64,000 nt of DNA from Podarcis vaucheri (lineage: Eukaryota). How positions within the stretch are numbered: position 1 is the first letter of the stretch; the number at the start of each line of letters is the position of its first letter. The notes under the pieces were generated by a model. It saw nothing but the letters and a program-made list of their open reading frames with translations. It was not told where the DNA came from and did not search any database. Shown here in pieces: positions 11,761 through 24,395 of this stretch. A program made the translations under genes and the position numbers. The stretch lies in NCBI GenBank assembly GCA_965113315.1, contig OZ220365.1. The stretch is one strand, 5' to 3'.

Positions 11761-12266
11761 TTTCCTTTTGTAGTGAGGCTGTGGAAACAGTCACTCTTAT
11801 GTTTTGACAAATGTATGGTTGTTGACATCTGCCTGTCTTGAGAGACAATGGAGTGTGCCCCCGGGGGTGAAGTCAAACCACTGCGTTAGCAGCAGCCAAA
11901 TGACCTCTTTGGGGCACAAACCTGGGCAGCGTGTATGGAGTTCCTGGGCTGCCCAGACGACAAAAACCCCACTTTCGGCCTCACTGATGTGGTCCAAAGG
12001 AAAGCAGAGCAATACCAGCTTAGCTGCAGGGGTTTCTATGTTTTATGGCAATGCAACTTTATATTTAGTTCTTACACATAGATGTATAGCATTTAGAAAA
12101 TGTCAGGCATTCTCTAAGTTTCAAATAATAATTTCCTTTAACAGGAGGGACCACAAAGTTTATGTTCAAACGCTTTTGAGACTTCAAGTATCTAATATTC
12201 AAACCAAGATTACATAAACTGCTTACATACATTCACCATTATTATTTAAGGCATTTTTCATTTCAC

Positions 12267-12348
12267 CTTTTTGCTTTTTTCTCTCTTAGGTCCCGGAAGG
12301 GTTCATGTGGGCCTGCAATTGCTCCAGTAGATCCAGTGTAGTTTGAGC
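12267..12348 (-). CDS. AFDN: Afadin penultimate exon (GSNYTGSTGAIAGPHEPFRDLREKKAKS)
   Basis: 82 nt, phase 1 in and phase 2 out, joins 15674 to 10505; resembles human GPNSYPGSTGAAVGAHDACRDAKEKRSKS. Confidence 0.88.
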
Positions 12349-13124
12349 CTTATGCAAGAAAAAGTACAAGGCCAGATGAAATATCTGTTCAGTGAAACAA
12401 GGCAATATTACTTCCCACCACCACAAACACACACAAAGCTGCAGTGCTTTTTCAATAGAGTAAGATGGCTCAATCTGTGCTTTCTATCCTTTAAGATGAT
12501 TCAAAGCATACATTTCTGTCTTGATTACTAAAATGAGAGACATATCCTACTAAAACAAATAATTGTCAAATGCTTTTGCCTTAATACTTTACTTTTTAAA
12601 TACGATTGTGATAAAATCAAATCAAATGCACATTTGAATGATCATCACAAAGCAACAAAATCAACTAAGAATTCCAAATTGAAATGTGGAAATTCAGTAT
12701 ACAGTTAGACTGCTTAAACCCCAATTAAGCTTACGAATTTAAGCAGCCTGTGGTGCAAGATTATTATCTCTCCAGTTTCAAAGGAGGGCAAAGAACTAGA
12801 ATTATTGCTTTTTTGTGCTTAAATATTACCCACTGACCAGCTTTATGACATGTAAGAATATATGGATTGTAAAGGTGTGGACATTTTTCTGGTATTCTAA
12901 GACTGCAAAATTATTTAGTAATTTTATAGAATATATTCAGAGATGGGGAATTTGTCCTATCTTTCTCTAAGTTTCTATGTTTTACAGCACTGCACCTTTA
13001 TATTTAGTTCTCACACATAAAATTCCCACAAAGTAGACTGATCTTCTCCAAAGGCCACAAGACAAAACACATAATTTATATGTGAAATATCAACACCATG
13101 CCCACATTTTAAGGTCTCCCTCAC

Positions 13125-13234
13125 TTTTGCTTTTTGTTCTGTTAAGAAAAACACTAGAGTCGCCACAAATCCTTGTCCGTTTTCCACTGATATTTTTTTA
13201 AGTCTCTTGATAATCTGTGTTGTGTCTTGTGAGC
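13125..13234 (-). other. Duplicated paralogue of the penultimate AFDN exon (candidate alternative or pseudo-exon)
   Basis: aag|GCTCA start, ..LTEQKAK|gtgag end, downstream intron homology 12971-13019 vs 12032-12080. Confidence 0.55.
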
Positions 13235-15317
13235 CTTAATCTACACAAAAACAAATGCATGCTCCTTCCAATAGTATTTTTAATTCAACTCTATAGATTC
13301 TCCAATAAACTAAGAATGCAGTCTGAATAAAAATGCAGAGAATCTACCATGCATGTTAACTAAATATTTATAACAAACAATTATTCTGTCCTATGCCAAA
13401 TTTTAAAGCCAAAAAACATTTTTTTTCAATGTTGAAAGATCTGCACAGCAGAAAAATGCACCTAACCTACATTTGTATATTTAGTCAAGGCTGATCAAGC
13501 TTTATTCCCAAATTTGTGACCACCAATGTTTGAAGTGATTCCAAATGATCCAGTGGAAGGAGCTTAAGAACTGGAGTTTTGCAGAAGCACAATTTGCCAT
13601 ATGTTAGTAGTGTTCATTAAAGGACAGAAATGTGTTAGTGAAATGGTGAGATGACAAGCTGTATAGTGAATTCTGCATTTGTGCAAAGAGCTTTGTATTT
13701 TATGCAGGCAGTATTGACTAAATATTTAAGAGAAATGTGTGACCTGTTTTATAGGATTTTAAGAATGTGCTGAAATGAAGGTGAAGAATCATATTACATA
13801 GCATTCCTCAATATTACCAAAATGTACCCACATTTATTTGTATCTTAAAATGTGATGCTAGTAGTTTATTGGAGGATGTAGCTGCCTCTCACAAATATGA
13901 AAAGGGTTGGGTAAGGATTAAGATTGGCAGTATTTTTTTGAACAACTCAGTTTAATTATGTTGTGCTACACTGACTCCCTGTCAACCATTAGAAAAAGAT
14001 GGCCACCAACTGACCACTTTCAGGCTGAAATTAAGTATTTATATGTACACTATAATATTCAAACAAATTTTATTCTGGAACTTGGCAACTGATCATTTGC
14101 ATGAATTAAATTACTCAAGCAGATGTGTTCAGTTTCTGTTAAATTAGTATCAGTAGAGGAAGTACAAATAACTACTTTAATAATTCATTTTTATTAAATG
14201 GCATCAGGGCTGGAATACTGTATCCCTCATTTTAGCAAATATTATAGCTACCTGTTTGTTAATTAAGTTTGCACTCAACTCTTACAGTGTATGTTAGGTG
14301 AGCACTGTGTAACATAAATAGAGACAGGTGTGGTGGCTACATAGCAACACAATCTAGTAACCAGTTCACATAAATTGGAGGTTCAAAAATAGGTTTCCTG
14401 TTGGTACTCAAATAAGTACATAACATCAGTGGGTGGGTGTCTATTTTGGGTTACTGCTATTATAACATTAAGAGCAACTGAAGAAGCCTTGCTGACCTCC
14501 CGCTTCTCACTACACATGGTGGTTTAAAGGGCAAAACATTCAAAGAGCCCTGCTTACCAAAATTAAATTGGGAGAATACTTAGAAAAGTAACTGTTTTAA
14601 TAAATTGGTTTTCATCTTCCAAATTATCAAAAGCTAAACCAACCACAACCTTCTGTCAGTGTGGCACCCCAATTCTTTTACACTAGAATTGTCGTGCTCT
14701 GCAGATAATGGAACTATTTTCTGCCAAGGTTATTAGGTTTATTCATTTATGCTATTGAGAATAAAGTCAGGAAAAGTAAGTTATGGGAGAAAGTTAGGGA
14801 GGAAGCACTAGAAATGGAAAAATAGGCTTCTGCTTCAACTCTAGGCAGCCAGTGCTAGAAGCATCAATATATGCTTATTGATATTGTTTATAAGTTAATT
14901 TACCTCTCTCCCCTGAATCTTCAAATATACACCCCTAACATTTCAAATACTGTTGTTGGGTAGTATACTCTTAAAGCCATTTGCACATGAGATACATGCC
15001 AAATAAGCAGAAGGAAAACATCTTCCCATTATTAACAAACCAGACACACATGTCCTATTATCATGAGAAACATGTGGCTCAGAAATGTGAAAGCACCATG
15101 GACCCAGTGAAAATAAGAAACAGTAGCTGAAAAGAGATACAGAACAAAAGCCAAAACCAACAGTACTTTTAGCTGGTTGGATGGGGATTTTTTTCAATAA
15201 AAAAAAATCACTTTTCTTTCATTATATGAAAGTAGGAATTACAGAGAGTTTGGTAAGAAAATGGAAAGACCACACACATTTAAAAATAGGATTTACAGTA
15301 GCACATCAGCACTGAAG

Positions 15318-15673
15318 TCAGACCACCATGCTTAGGACAGTGATCAAGTGAGATATAATCATGAAGTGATTTTGTTCAGAACACCATAGCGGGAAACGTG
15401 GAGAGAGTTTCATACAGAAAAGATTCTTAATTAAAATTTTGCGTCTACCTTTTGAGCTGCTGGGATTGATGAAACTCGGTTTGTTTGGTAGGGGAGGGGG
15501 CTGGCTCGTTTTGAAAGCAGTACTGTTGGCATTGACCGAGGATGGCTGGAATGAGTTGGAAAGAAATATGCCATCTGAGGCTGGGCGTGGCTGGCGTGAG
15601 GGCTGCTGTGGCTTAAGGCTGGCAGGAGGAAGGTCACCATAAGACTTTCTTGTACTGGAGTACTTATCCTGAC
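15318..15673 (-). CDS. AFDN: Alternative extension of the 15674 exon (GQDKYSSTRKSYGDL...PRPASDGIFLSNSFQP...)
   Basis: in-frame read-through; resembles the mammalian afadin isoform tail GQDKYSSTRKSHGDL..PRPASDGVFLSNSFQP; second in-phase donor at 15449. Confidence 0.75.
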
Positions 15674-15962
15674 CTGCTGCTAGACAGGAATCCTCCTCCT
15701 CCTCATCATTGTATGAAACAAACTTGGCAGTATAAAGCGTATCTGGGGAGAGGACCTGTGTTTTGAGGTAAGAGGTGTTTCGCTGAGGTGGGGGAGGAGG
15801 AGCATTAGATGAAGGGGGCAAGGGTGGGAATTCATATTCCCGTGGAAGCGGAGGTCTGTACAGACCAGGCTCATCGGGCTCCAGCAATCTCCGTTCTGCC
15901 TCATCATGCTGACGGCGCCTTTCAGCTTCCAAGCGATTGTAATATTCTTCTTCTTGTCGCCT
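15674..15962 (-). CDS. AFDN: Afadin exon (RRQEEEYYNRLEAERRRQHDEAERRLLEP...NTSYLKTQVLSPDTLYTAKFVSYNDEEEEDSCLAA)
   Basis: clear afadin homology; cccacag acceptor, G|gtcagg donor. Confidence 0.95.
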
Positions 15963-17352
15963 CTGTGGGCCCAAAGGAAACAAATGGTCAAACAAACGTC
16001 GGAGAAGGCCATTTTTATACCAACAAAACAAAACTCAGTTACAATTTCGTCTCTTATACCCAGTAAATTTGCAATGTTTACTACTATAAATTATTTACAA
16101 GCTTCTTCAAATGTTGAGTCATCTTTGAACTTAGACATGGTCCATATTTTCACAGAGAAAATTAAACTTAAACATTACCAAACATTGCAGAGTTTACAGG
16201 AACGGTGCACACATAAGGCCGAGTACAACTGATGTAGAATTCTACCTTACTTTTAATGCGAAGAAAACCAGTAGCTCACTAAAGTTTACCCATCCTTTTC
16301 AAGTTATCACTTTAAAATTGTATTGGCATTCATTGTTTTGACAGTATACTGCCCTAGAAATTAGGTATCACTCTACCCTGTCAATTCTATAGAGCTTCTT
16401 GAACTGTATTCTAAGGTGTCTGAAGCACTGTATATACAGTACAACTTCTTTGAATTTAAATGATTGGACAGATATTACTCCCTTATTTAAGCTGATACTG
16501 AAGGCAAATAATATTTCCTGTCTCTATTGACAAATAACATACTGAACATATATTCAATATAGAGTGAAAGTTAATGCCAAACTTTAACTTGCACATACGT
16601 ACCAGACCAATGAAAACAAACATTACGATTCAGTTTACCATTCAACTGATAGTGAGAAGTTTTATACTTAATGAGCTTTGTTACCTGCATCCTCATAAGA
16701 GACAATCCACACAATGGACTGAGGACCTGGCATGAGCCCATACCCCCTCATTCCTTTCTAATACAAAAATCCTCCATCTCCCTCAATCATTCTTTGGAAC
16801 AGTAAAGGGAGCCATTGAAGCAGTGCTATTCAGCCATGGTTCAATTTTACATTTGTCCATTGCTAACCATGGTTAACTACAGGCCAATTCAGTGAACGTT
16901 TTTTGAGATGGGAAAGAGTTGTTCATATATAAGTAGGGATTCAGCCTACTCCCTAAACCATGGCTGTTACATCTGCACTGCTCCTTATGAGATTGTTGCT
17001 AACAGCTCAAAACTTTTAATCAGTGAAACTATATGGTTAAGGATCCTGCTAGCTATTGTGAGAATGGCCCAACAAAATTCTGAATCATATTGGCAGTGGG
17101 TGGTTATGGAGAACTTGCACACAAGAGGGAAGTGAACGGTGAAGAAAATAGCACCTATGTGCCCTTCGCATGGAATTCTACAACTTCATACCTTGCCTGA
17201 TGGCTCTTCCCTCCTTTGAAAAGCTTTAAAATATTTTTTCTCTTAATTTTTAAATCATTTTTAACCTTTTTGCCACTTTCATTCTTTTGTTCTAACCACC
17301 TGGACTGAATTTCATCTTGAATCTCTCTCATTGTACTAAATATTCAACAACT

Positions 17353-17621
17353 TTCATAGAATCATAGAATCATAGAGTTGGAAGAGACCACAAGGGCCAT
17401 CGAGTCCAACCCCCTGCCAAGCAGGAAACACAATCAGAGCACTCCTGACATATGGTTGTCAAGCCTCTGCTTAAAGACCTCCAAAGAAGGAGACTCCACC
17501 ACACTCCTTGGCAGCAAATTTCACTGTCTTACTGTTCTTACTGTCAGGAAGTTCTTCCTAATGTTTAGGTGGAATCTTCTTTCTTGTAGTTGGAATCCAT
17601 TGCTCCGTGTCCGCTTCTCTG
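17353..17621 (-). mobile_element. Young CR1 3' end with (ATTCTATG)n tail
   Basis: catagaatcatagaatcatagagttggaag...; near-identical to 62373-62637. Confidence 0.92.
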
Positions 17622-17623
17622 TA

Positions 17624-17910
17624 CACTGGTACCTCTGGATGCGAACGGGATCCATTCCAGAGCCCCATTTGCATCCTGATTATAACGCAACCCGCGTCTG
17701 CGTGTACCGCGATTCGCCGCATCTGTGAATGACGTCATTTTGAGCATCTGCGTATGCGCAAGTGGCAAAACCTGGAAGTAACATATTCCGTTACTTCCAG
17801 GTTACGCTCCGCGGCGACCCGGAAGTAACGGAACCTGTCACTTCCGGGTCACCGCAGAGCGTAACCTGAAAACGCTCAACCTGAAGCATATTTAACTTGA
17901 GATATGACTG
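17624..17910. mobile_element. Tc1/mariner-type MITE with internal hairpin
   Basis: TA-cactggtacctc... left end, ...gagatatgactg right end; internal inverted repeat at ~17798-17868. Confidence 0.75.
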
Positions 17911-18185
17911 TGATATATTTATTTTTGCATTTGTCCTATATATCTTGCCATTTATTAAGCCTGCCAATGGGGTCTGCTTCCTGGTTTTAGCTAGCATACG
18001 GCATCCAATACGTGTTAAGCACTATAAAAGTAGCAAGCAATGCAGTAACTCTCAAGGTTTGTGCGCATAGAGCCAACCTGTTCTACAGTAGCATAAAATA
18101 GGGTGTCCATCCACCATTCATTAAAAATTGAATTCTTAGCAGCCAAGCATACAAAGATTTTTTGCTCTACTCAGGGGGTCATAAC

Positions 18186-18320
18186 CTTTTGTTCAGCCTC
18201 TCGCTTTGTCCGCTCCTCCTCTTGGCGCCGGCGCTCTTCTTCTTGCCTGGCCCTGTCTTCTGCTTCCCTTTTACGCATTTCTTCCAACTGCTGCTGCCGT
18301 CTACGCTCTTCATCCTGTAG
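18186..18320 (-). CDS. AFDN: Afadin coiled-coil exon (LQDEERRRQQQLEEMRKREAEDRARQEEERRRQEEERTKREAEQK)
   Basis: 135 nt, phase 0/0; read-through gives VMTP* (stop 18171-18173), like the s-afadin end. Confidence 0.96.
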
Positions 18321-18820
18321 CTAACAAAGATCTGTCTTCAATTTTTTTTCCCCCAAATAAGGGCAAATGAATCCTCAGGACAGAAATTCTGAAGAGAAAC
18401 TCTTGGTTTGTTCATTTTTAAAAAACCCATAGTCCAACACAGGTGTTATTTTGTCACTGCTAAAGCGGAAAATTTTGGTCATGGGATGAGGATCAGTATT
18501 TCATCTTAAAATTCTGGAAAATTACTACTGTTTTTTACTGAGAGAAAAGAAATGTGCAGAGGAATTTCTTTTCGTCCTCCTGTCCCTAGAGAACATGCAT
18601 GTTTCTTCTCCACAGTTTAACTTCAGTCATTTGTGAAGGTTGTTAATGTGATGCCCTTCAGGTGTCATTATACTACAACTGCCATCAACCCCAGGCAGCA
18701 TGGCCACAATTAGGCATGATGGGAGTTGAAGTTCAACAGCATCTGGAGAGCAGCACTTTGGCTAAATCTGTGGGAAGGGAATGCAAGCGACTTACACTTG
18801 TTTTCTATACCACTACATTA

Positions 18821-19130
18821 CAGTGGTGCCTTGCAAGACAAAAAGAATCCGTTCTGTGATTCTCTTCGTCTAGCGGTTTTTTCGTCTTGCGAAGCAAGCC
18901 CATTGACGGATTAGCGCTATTAGCGGCTTTTAGCGGCTTATCGGATCAGCTGATAAGCGGCTTAGCGGCTTAGAAAAGGGGGGGGGAACCCACAGGAACT
19001 CGCAAGACATTTTCGTCTTGCGAAGCAAGCCCATAGGAAATTCGTTTTGCGAAGCACCTCCAAAACGGAAAACTCTTTCGTCTAGCGAGTTTTCCGTCTT
19101 GCGAGGCATTCGTCTTGCGGGGCACCACTG
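18821..19130. mobile_element. Tc1/mariner (pogo-like) MITE
   Basis: TIRs CAGTGGTGCCttGCAAGAC / GTCTTGCggGGCACCACTG, TA TSDs, internal ttagcgg and tcgtcttgcga repeats. Confidence 0.92.
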
Positions 19131-19469
19131 TACTGTGATGGCTGGAGGCTTGCAGCATCTCCCCACCCAAACAAACATCTAATGTGGGGCAAGTTTCTGC
19201 TCCCCACGAAAGAAGATACCAAAGGTCCCTGTTGGAGAGCACAATGATACAAACACAAGAAGAACCAGGCACTTGCTGTTTTTTACTCGTTTGTAATGGT
19301 GAAATTCTCAGAGATAATCTCAGTTCGAAATCGACATCTCTTTATGAAATTGCTGGTCCACTTGAAAGCAGAACGTAAGGGCAGGGGAAAATTAGGACTT
19401 TTAAATCAATGTGGATTTGGAAGGTTCGAAAGGCACACAAATGCTGTAGTGATCATCATCATTATGTCA

Positions 19470-19780
19470 ATATCTATACCACCCTTTATCAAAAGATCTC
19501 AGGGCAGTGTACAATATTAGAAACACATTACAAAACACCAATGATAAAAACATAATAAAACATAGTAAAAAGCATACTGACAGGCACCTAATAGTAAAAT
19601 AAACATAATACTAACAGTCCTCTCCCCCACAATTTTACAGGCCACAGATTATTTAATAGCCATAGGCCTGGGTAAAGAGGAATTTGCCTGGTGTCTAAAG
19701 ACATGTAATGCTGGCACTAGAAGAGCCTCTCTGGAGAGAGCATTCCACAATTGAGGAGCCACCACAGAAAAGGCCCACTC
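19470..19780 (-). mobile_element. L2-type LINE 3' fragment
   Basis: gagagcattccacaa..gagccaccacagaaaaggcc motif and tail resembling the other L2 copies. Confidence 0.6.
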
Positions 19781-21866
19781 TCTCTATATATTTATTATAT
19801 ATAATAATTCAAAAAATTCCCTCTCAACTTTTTCATCTCCTCATTTCACCTCAACTTAAACCAGGGATTGCTAGACTATGGTCTACCAGATGTTGCTGGA
19901 TTACACCTCCATCAGCCTCGGCCAGTGTGGCTAATGGGTACAAATGATTGGAGCTGCAATTCAAAAGCATCAGGAGCACAGCATATTAGCCACCCCTTTC
20001 CTAAAGTGCTGACGAGCTAGCTGAATGAGCAGTGAAATACATTTATAGTGTAAATGTAGAGGTGTACAATATTTTGGTAAATCTATCTCTTTTCTCTCAA
20101 TTGCACCCCCCCCCCCCAAAAAAAACTGGTCTGTGGTCAACAGGCATAAAGTGTTAGAGGGAAGGTTTGCTTCTAGCTCTACTCAGCTTTTGAAAATGGC
20201 ACTAATCCTACTAAAGAACCAGCTATGTACTTTACAGTATAAATTAGGGGGGGGGGGACTTGTTTAAAAAGAAGAATTACATGTGTTTGTCCACCAGGTA
20301 TGCAAGTCAAAAGGCACAGGTCCCTTTGCCTATTTAGTTTTAAAAAATGGCACTAGAATCTGGCCCTGACAGCCTGCCCAAGTGAATAGCTATTTAAAGT
20401 AATATCTTTGGTTCTTCTTGACATTGCATAAGGATTTCCATACTGAAAGAACCATTTGCAGTCATTTAACATGGAAAAAATCATGTGAATAAAGTGCATG
20501 GTAAGTGCAAAAGTATTCACTCAAGAAGGGCCTATTTCTGCACAACAGATCATCTTACATTACTGGGAAGATTTTACAGAAGTAAAATGATTTCAGAAAT
20601 TGTCCTTGAAGAGATTTGTGGATATTATCTAGTTAAGAACCTGTCAGAAAATGTAATGAAAGAATAAAGGAGAACTACTGGACTATGTCCCACACTGCTG
20701 AAGAGACTCGAATTGTGAATGCCAAAATGTCATAGTGGTGTTACTCTAAAGAGAAGCTTCAAAATAAATTAAATGGGATAGGGAGACAAAAGTTTTTAAC
20801 TATAATTCTATTTTATATAATTCATCATCATGAGCCTACCAATGTTAGGTAGTTTTAAGTTCTATGGATTCCAGTAAGACAGTGAAACAGGTGCTTAAAT
20901 CTCTTCCCTTTAAATATGTGGAGTGACATAGGTTAGATTGTCTTCAAAAATCCAGAAACAGAAAATTTTTTATAGCTTGAGAGTTATTTTAACGTCTATA
21001 CGCTGGTTTTGTTTGAGGAAAACTAAAAATAAAAAATGCTGGTGTAAGGAAACTACAATGTGCTAGCCAGATCACAAGCTGTATCACAGGGCAAACAGAA
21101 GTAAGAAATGATCAGGTGATCAGGGTACAGAGAACCTCATTTCTGCCTCATAAAACAGCTATATATCATGGAAAGCCTGCTCAGATGCATAGTCTTGTCT
21201 ATATTATAATGCTGTTAGCTTCTGACACAATATTGCTACTTACCAGCAGCATATCCCTTACTGATCAACTAAGGAATTATTTTTATATAGATATTTAGAA
21301 TAACTATAAATGAGTTCCAAACTTTTTACTTCAAGGTAGCATTCCAAAAAGCAAAGCGGTAAAGCAAATAGTTTCTAGGAAATTAATGTGAATGCCAAAC
21401 TATCCATCATGGGAGCAAGAAACGACAAATGGTTTAGAAGTTGAATATTGAAATGGTTAGAATAAATTTAATTAAATCTATGGTTTGCGGGACAAGGGAG
21501 TAACAACAATAAAAAAGAAGGGAGCCATTCAGTCCCAGCTACATATAATGTTTATCAAAGCTAAGGGTTATTTTTGGAAAATGTTAGATATATTATTCCT
21601 ATAAATGGTTGGACACAGCTGCAAACAATTCAAAGATGCAAACAGAACACAACTTTTAAAGAATAAAGGCAGGAGTGGGGAAAAGCTAGGAACATACCTC
21701 AAGCAACGGCTGTGTGCTTGCTTACAGCCCTTTAACACATTACACCCTGCCATAAAGCACTTAGAAAGCAATATCCAATGCATATTGGATCATTATTAAT
21801 TAAAAAGAAGAAAAGGATAAAAAGCAGTAAGAAAAAGGCATTGAAGAGAAAGAAATAAGAACATAC

Positions 21867-21899
21867 CAAATCTAGAACAGAGATTGCTGGCATAGCAGT
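21867..21899 (-). CDS. AFDN: Afadin cassette micro-exon (TAMPAISVLDL), NAGNAG acceptor adds Q (start 21902)
   Basis: polypyrimidine tract plus cagcag acceptor, TTG|gtatgt donor; peptide recalled from mammalian afadin isoforms. Confidence 0.92.
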
Positions 21900-23366
21900 C
21901 TGCTGCAGGTAATAAGAGAAGGAAAAAGAAAGATGCTCAGTGAAAATAAGGATAAATTTAGATTTGCACTATGCCAAAAGCACTTTGATTTGTTACTACA
22001 GCTGTATAAAAAGAAAAATGAAAAGCACTGTTTGATAAGCTAATGTGGAATTGGTGAACATTTCTAAATAAATCAGTAAAAAAATAGTTTTAAAAAGCAA
22101 GTTATTTCTGTAAACTGTGTCCTTTAAGATAGAACACACAGTCCATCCATAAGTGGATAAAGAGCTATACAATTTTTATTGCAAAAAAGCAGCCAATTAG
22201 TTACCTCATTTTAAAAATATTTGGTTATTAGAGATGGGGGATATTTCTAAAACGTACAAAATGTAAATTTATCAGTCCTAGTGGAAAGGAATGATTTAGC
22301 AGATGTTATGCAACAGTGGACCACCTACCAAAGAATTATAATGCAGATTTTAAAACAACAAGATTAATGTGTTAGATAACCCAAAATAAAGAATTTTGTT
22401 TTTAAATGATATATTAATGTAGTTAATAAAGCTGTGTGACAAAACAAGAGGCAGCAACCACAAGATACCATATAATGAATCTGTCGAGGACACACTTAGC
22501 CTTTAAGAAACTGATTTAAGTTGCTGTGTAGAAAAGTGAGCCACAACAGAAAAATAAAAAGAAAGCAATGCTTTCATTGAGAAAATGTATAAAATGGTTG
22601 CCTTGGAAAGCAAATGCTTTTCACTGTGGCAAAAGCAGCATAATTTATAGACCAATTAATTACAAATCTTTAAATAAAGAATTGCACCACTTTTAACTTT
22701 CATCACTGTCAAATATACAATCATCCTCATTGAGTTAGTTTATATGCTGCTGCGTGAAAAAAGTTTCTATACGTTTTTAATCAGTTTCTGTAGTTTTGTA
22801 TTTTCACCAATGAAAGAACCTCGTCATCACTCTTGTGGAAGTAAAAATCCAAATCATGCTATGCATTTTGACAGATGAAACATGAACATAAAATATGTTG
22901 TGGCATTGGCTTCATGAATGTACAAAAATTAAGCAGAATTAAAACTAGGCTTACTTAAAAAAAATACAGGTGACAGTCCTTCACTTTTTGCCCTTATGGA
23001 CAACTATATATGTATGCAATCATATACTAGACTTAAACAAAGCAGGGATCAACATCTATTTATTAGAAAGAATGTCTAATTTTCCTGTCATTCCCTTGCT
23101 ATTTGGGGGGCTGGGGGTAGGAAGGGAACTGGAAATAGAGCTATCTTCAGCTCAAGCTTTCCAGTTAGTAGCTTATAATACACCACTTACTTGGACAAAG
23201 TCAAAACAGATTAGACCAAACTTCATTATATACAATGAAAGACAGGGACAATAAGAGAGTCCAGTCCTCCTTTATCCTGTGGTGATATCTAAGGTGGGGG
23301 GGGGGGGTTAGGCTAACAGACATTTTAGAATACAAACAGCTTATTAAAATGATTCTCTCATTTTAC

Positions 23367-24395
23367 CCTTGCTCTTCTCTCAGCTTCCAGTCGCTGCATA
23401 ATCAGCATAGTATCAATATCATCATCTTCTTCATCGTCCTCATCATCATCTTTTTGCTTTGACTCTTGGAGTCGTTTCTGGAACTGCCACTCCAGCATGA
23501 GCTTGCGCAGGCGGTCATTCTCTTCAGCTGTTCTATCTGGCTTATTCTGAAGATCCTGAATCTCTTTGCTCAGCATGTCTGCAATGTGCATCTGCTGCTG
23601 CTTCTCCAGCTTCTCCTTCGCATCTCGTTTCCAAGGGTCAGGAGATAAACTATCAGTAGAGGACAACTCTTCTTTGCTGATGGTGATGTACTGCAGATCT
23701 CTTCGCTCAATGGTTCGGGGTTGCTGCTGGGGCTGTAATTCTCTAATGACGGTTTCCTGGGGTCTCTGCAATGTTGAAGGCTTTTCTGGTTTCACCTGCT
23801 GAACTGAAACTGGAGGAAGTAGGGACTGCGCAGGAATTAGTGGCTGAGAACGCATTTGCCCCAGTTTTCTTTCCTGCTCCCGACGCTTCCTGTCTCGCTC
23901 TTCCTCTAAACGGGCTTTCTCTTTTTCATACCACCTTTGATGTTCTTCTCTCTTTTTGCGTTCTGCAGCAGCAACCTGAGATGACGACTGTGGCCCCAAC
24001 TGGCTTGGGGGTGGCGGCGGGGGCGGAAGAGGCAAATCCATTTGCAGCCCATCAAAGTCAGTTGCATAGTGCACTGGTGGAGGAGGGGGAGGGGGAGGGA
24101 GGTCTGTTCTGGTGGACTGGGAAGTCACTAGTGAGACTGGTTGAGAAACAATAGGAGTTTTCCAGCGACCAGGTCCAGTTTTGGTTAAAGAAGAACCAGG
24201 GGGAATAGATTTAGAGGAATGGTTTAGATGCTCTTGGCTTGATGTGCTAGAATCCACAGAAGAATTCATCCATGGATCACTGTCTGATTTGCGATCAATG
24301 TATTCCACATCTTTTCGCATGGCAACTTCTAGTCGACTCCTTTCTGGCTGATAAACTTTATCATCTCGTAGTTCCTCCTGAGAACGTGTTACACG
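23367..24395 (-). CDS. AFDN: Afadin large proline-rich and coiled-coil exon (RVTRSQEELR...LEAERRAR)
   Basis: 1029 nt phase 0/0, strong homology; read-through gives VK* (stop 23358-23360). Confidence 0.98.

Noticed and set aside
14943-15197. 84-aa minus-strand ORF after the extended AFDN exon
   Set aside because: No convincing in-phase acceptor or recognisable homology; more likely alternative 3'UTR or intron
18905-18975. Short ttagcgg repeats resembling a CRISPR or telomeric array
   Set aside because: Internal subterminal repeats of a MITE; no spacers
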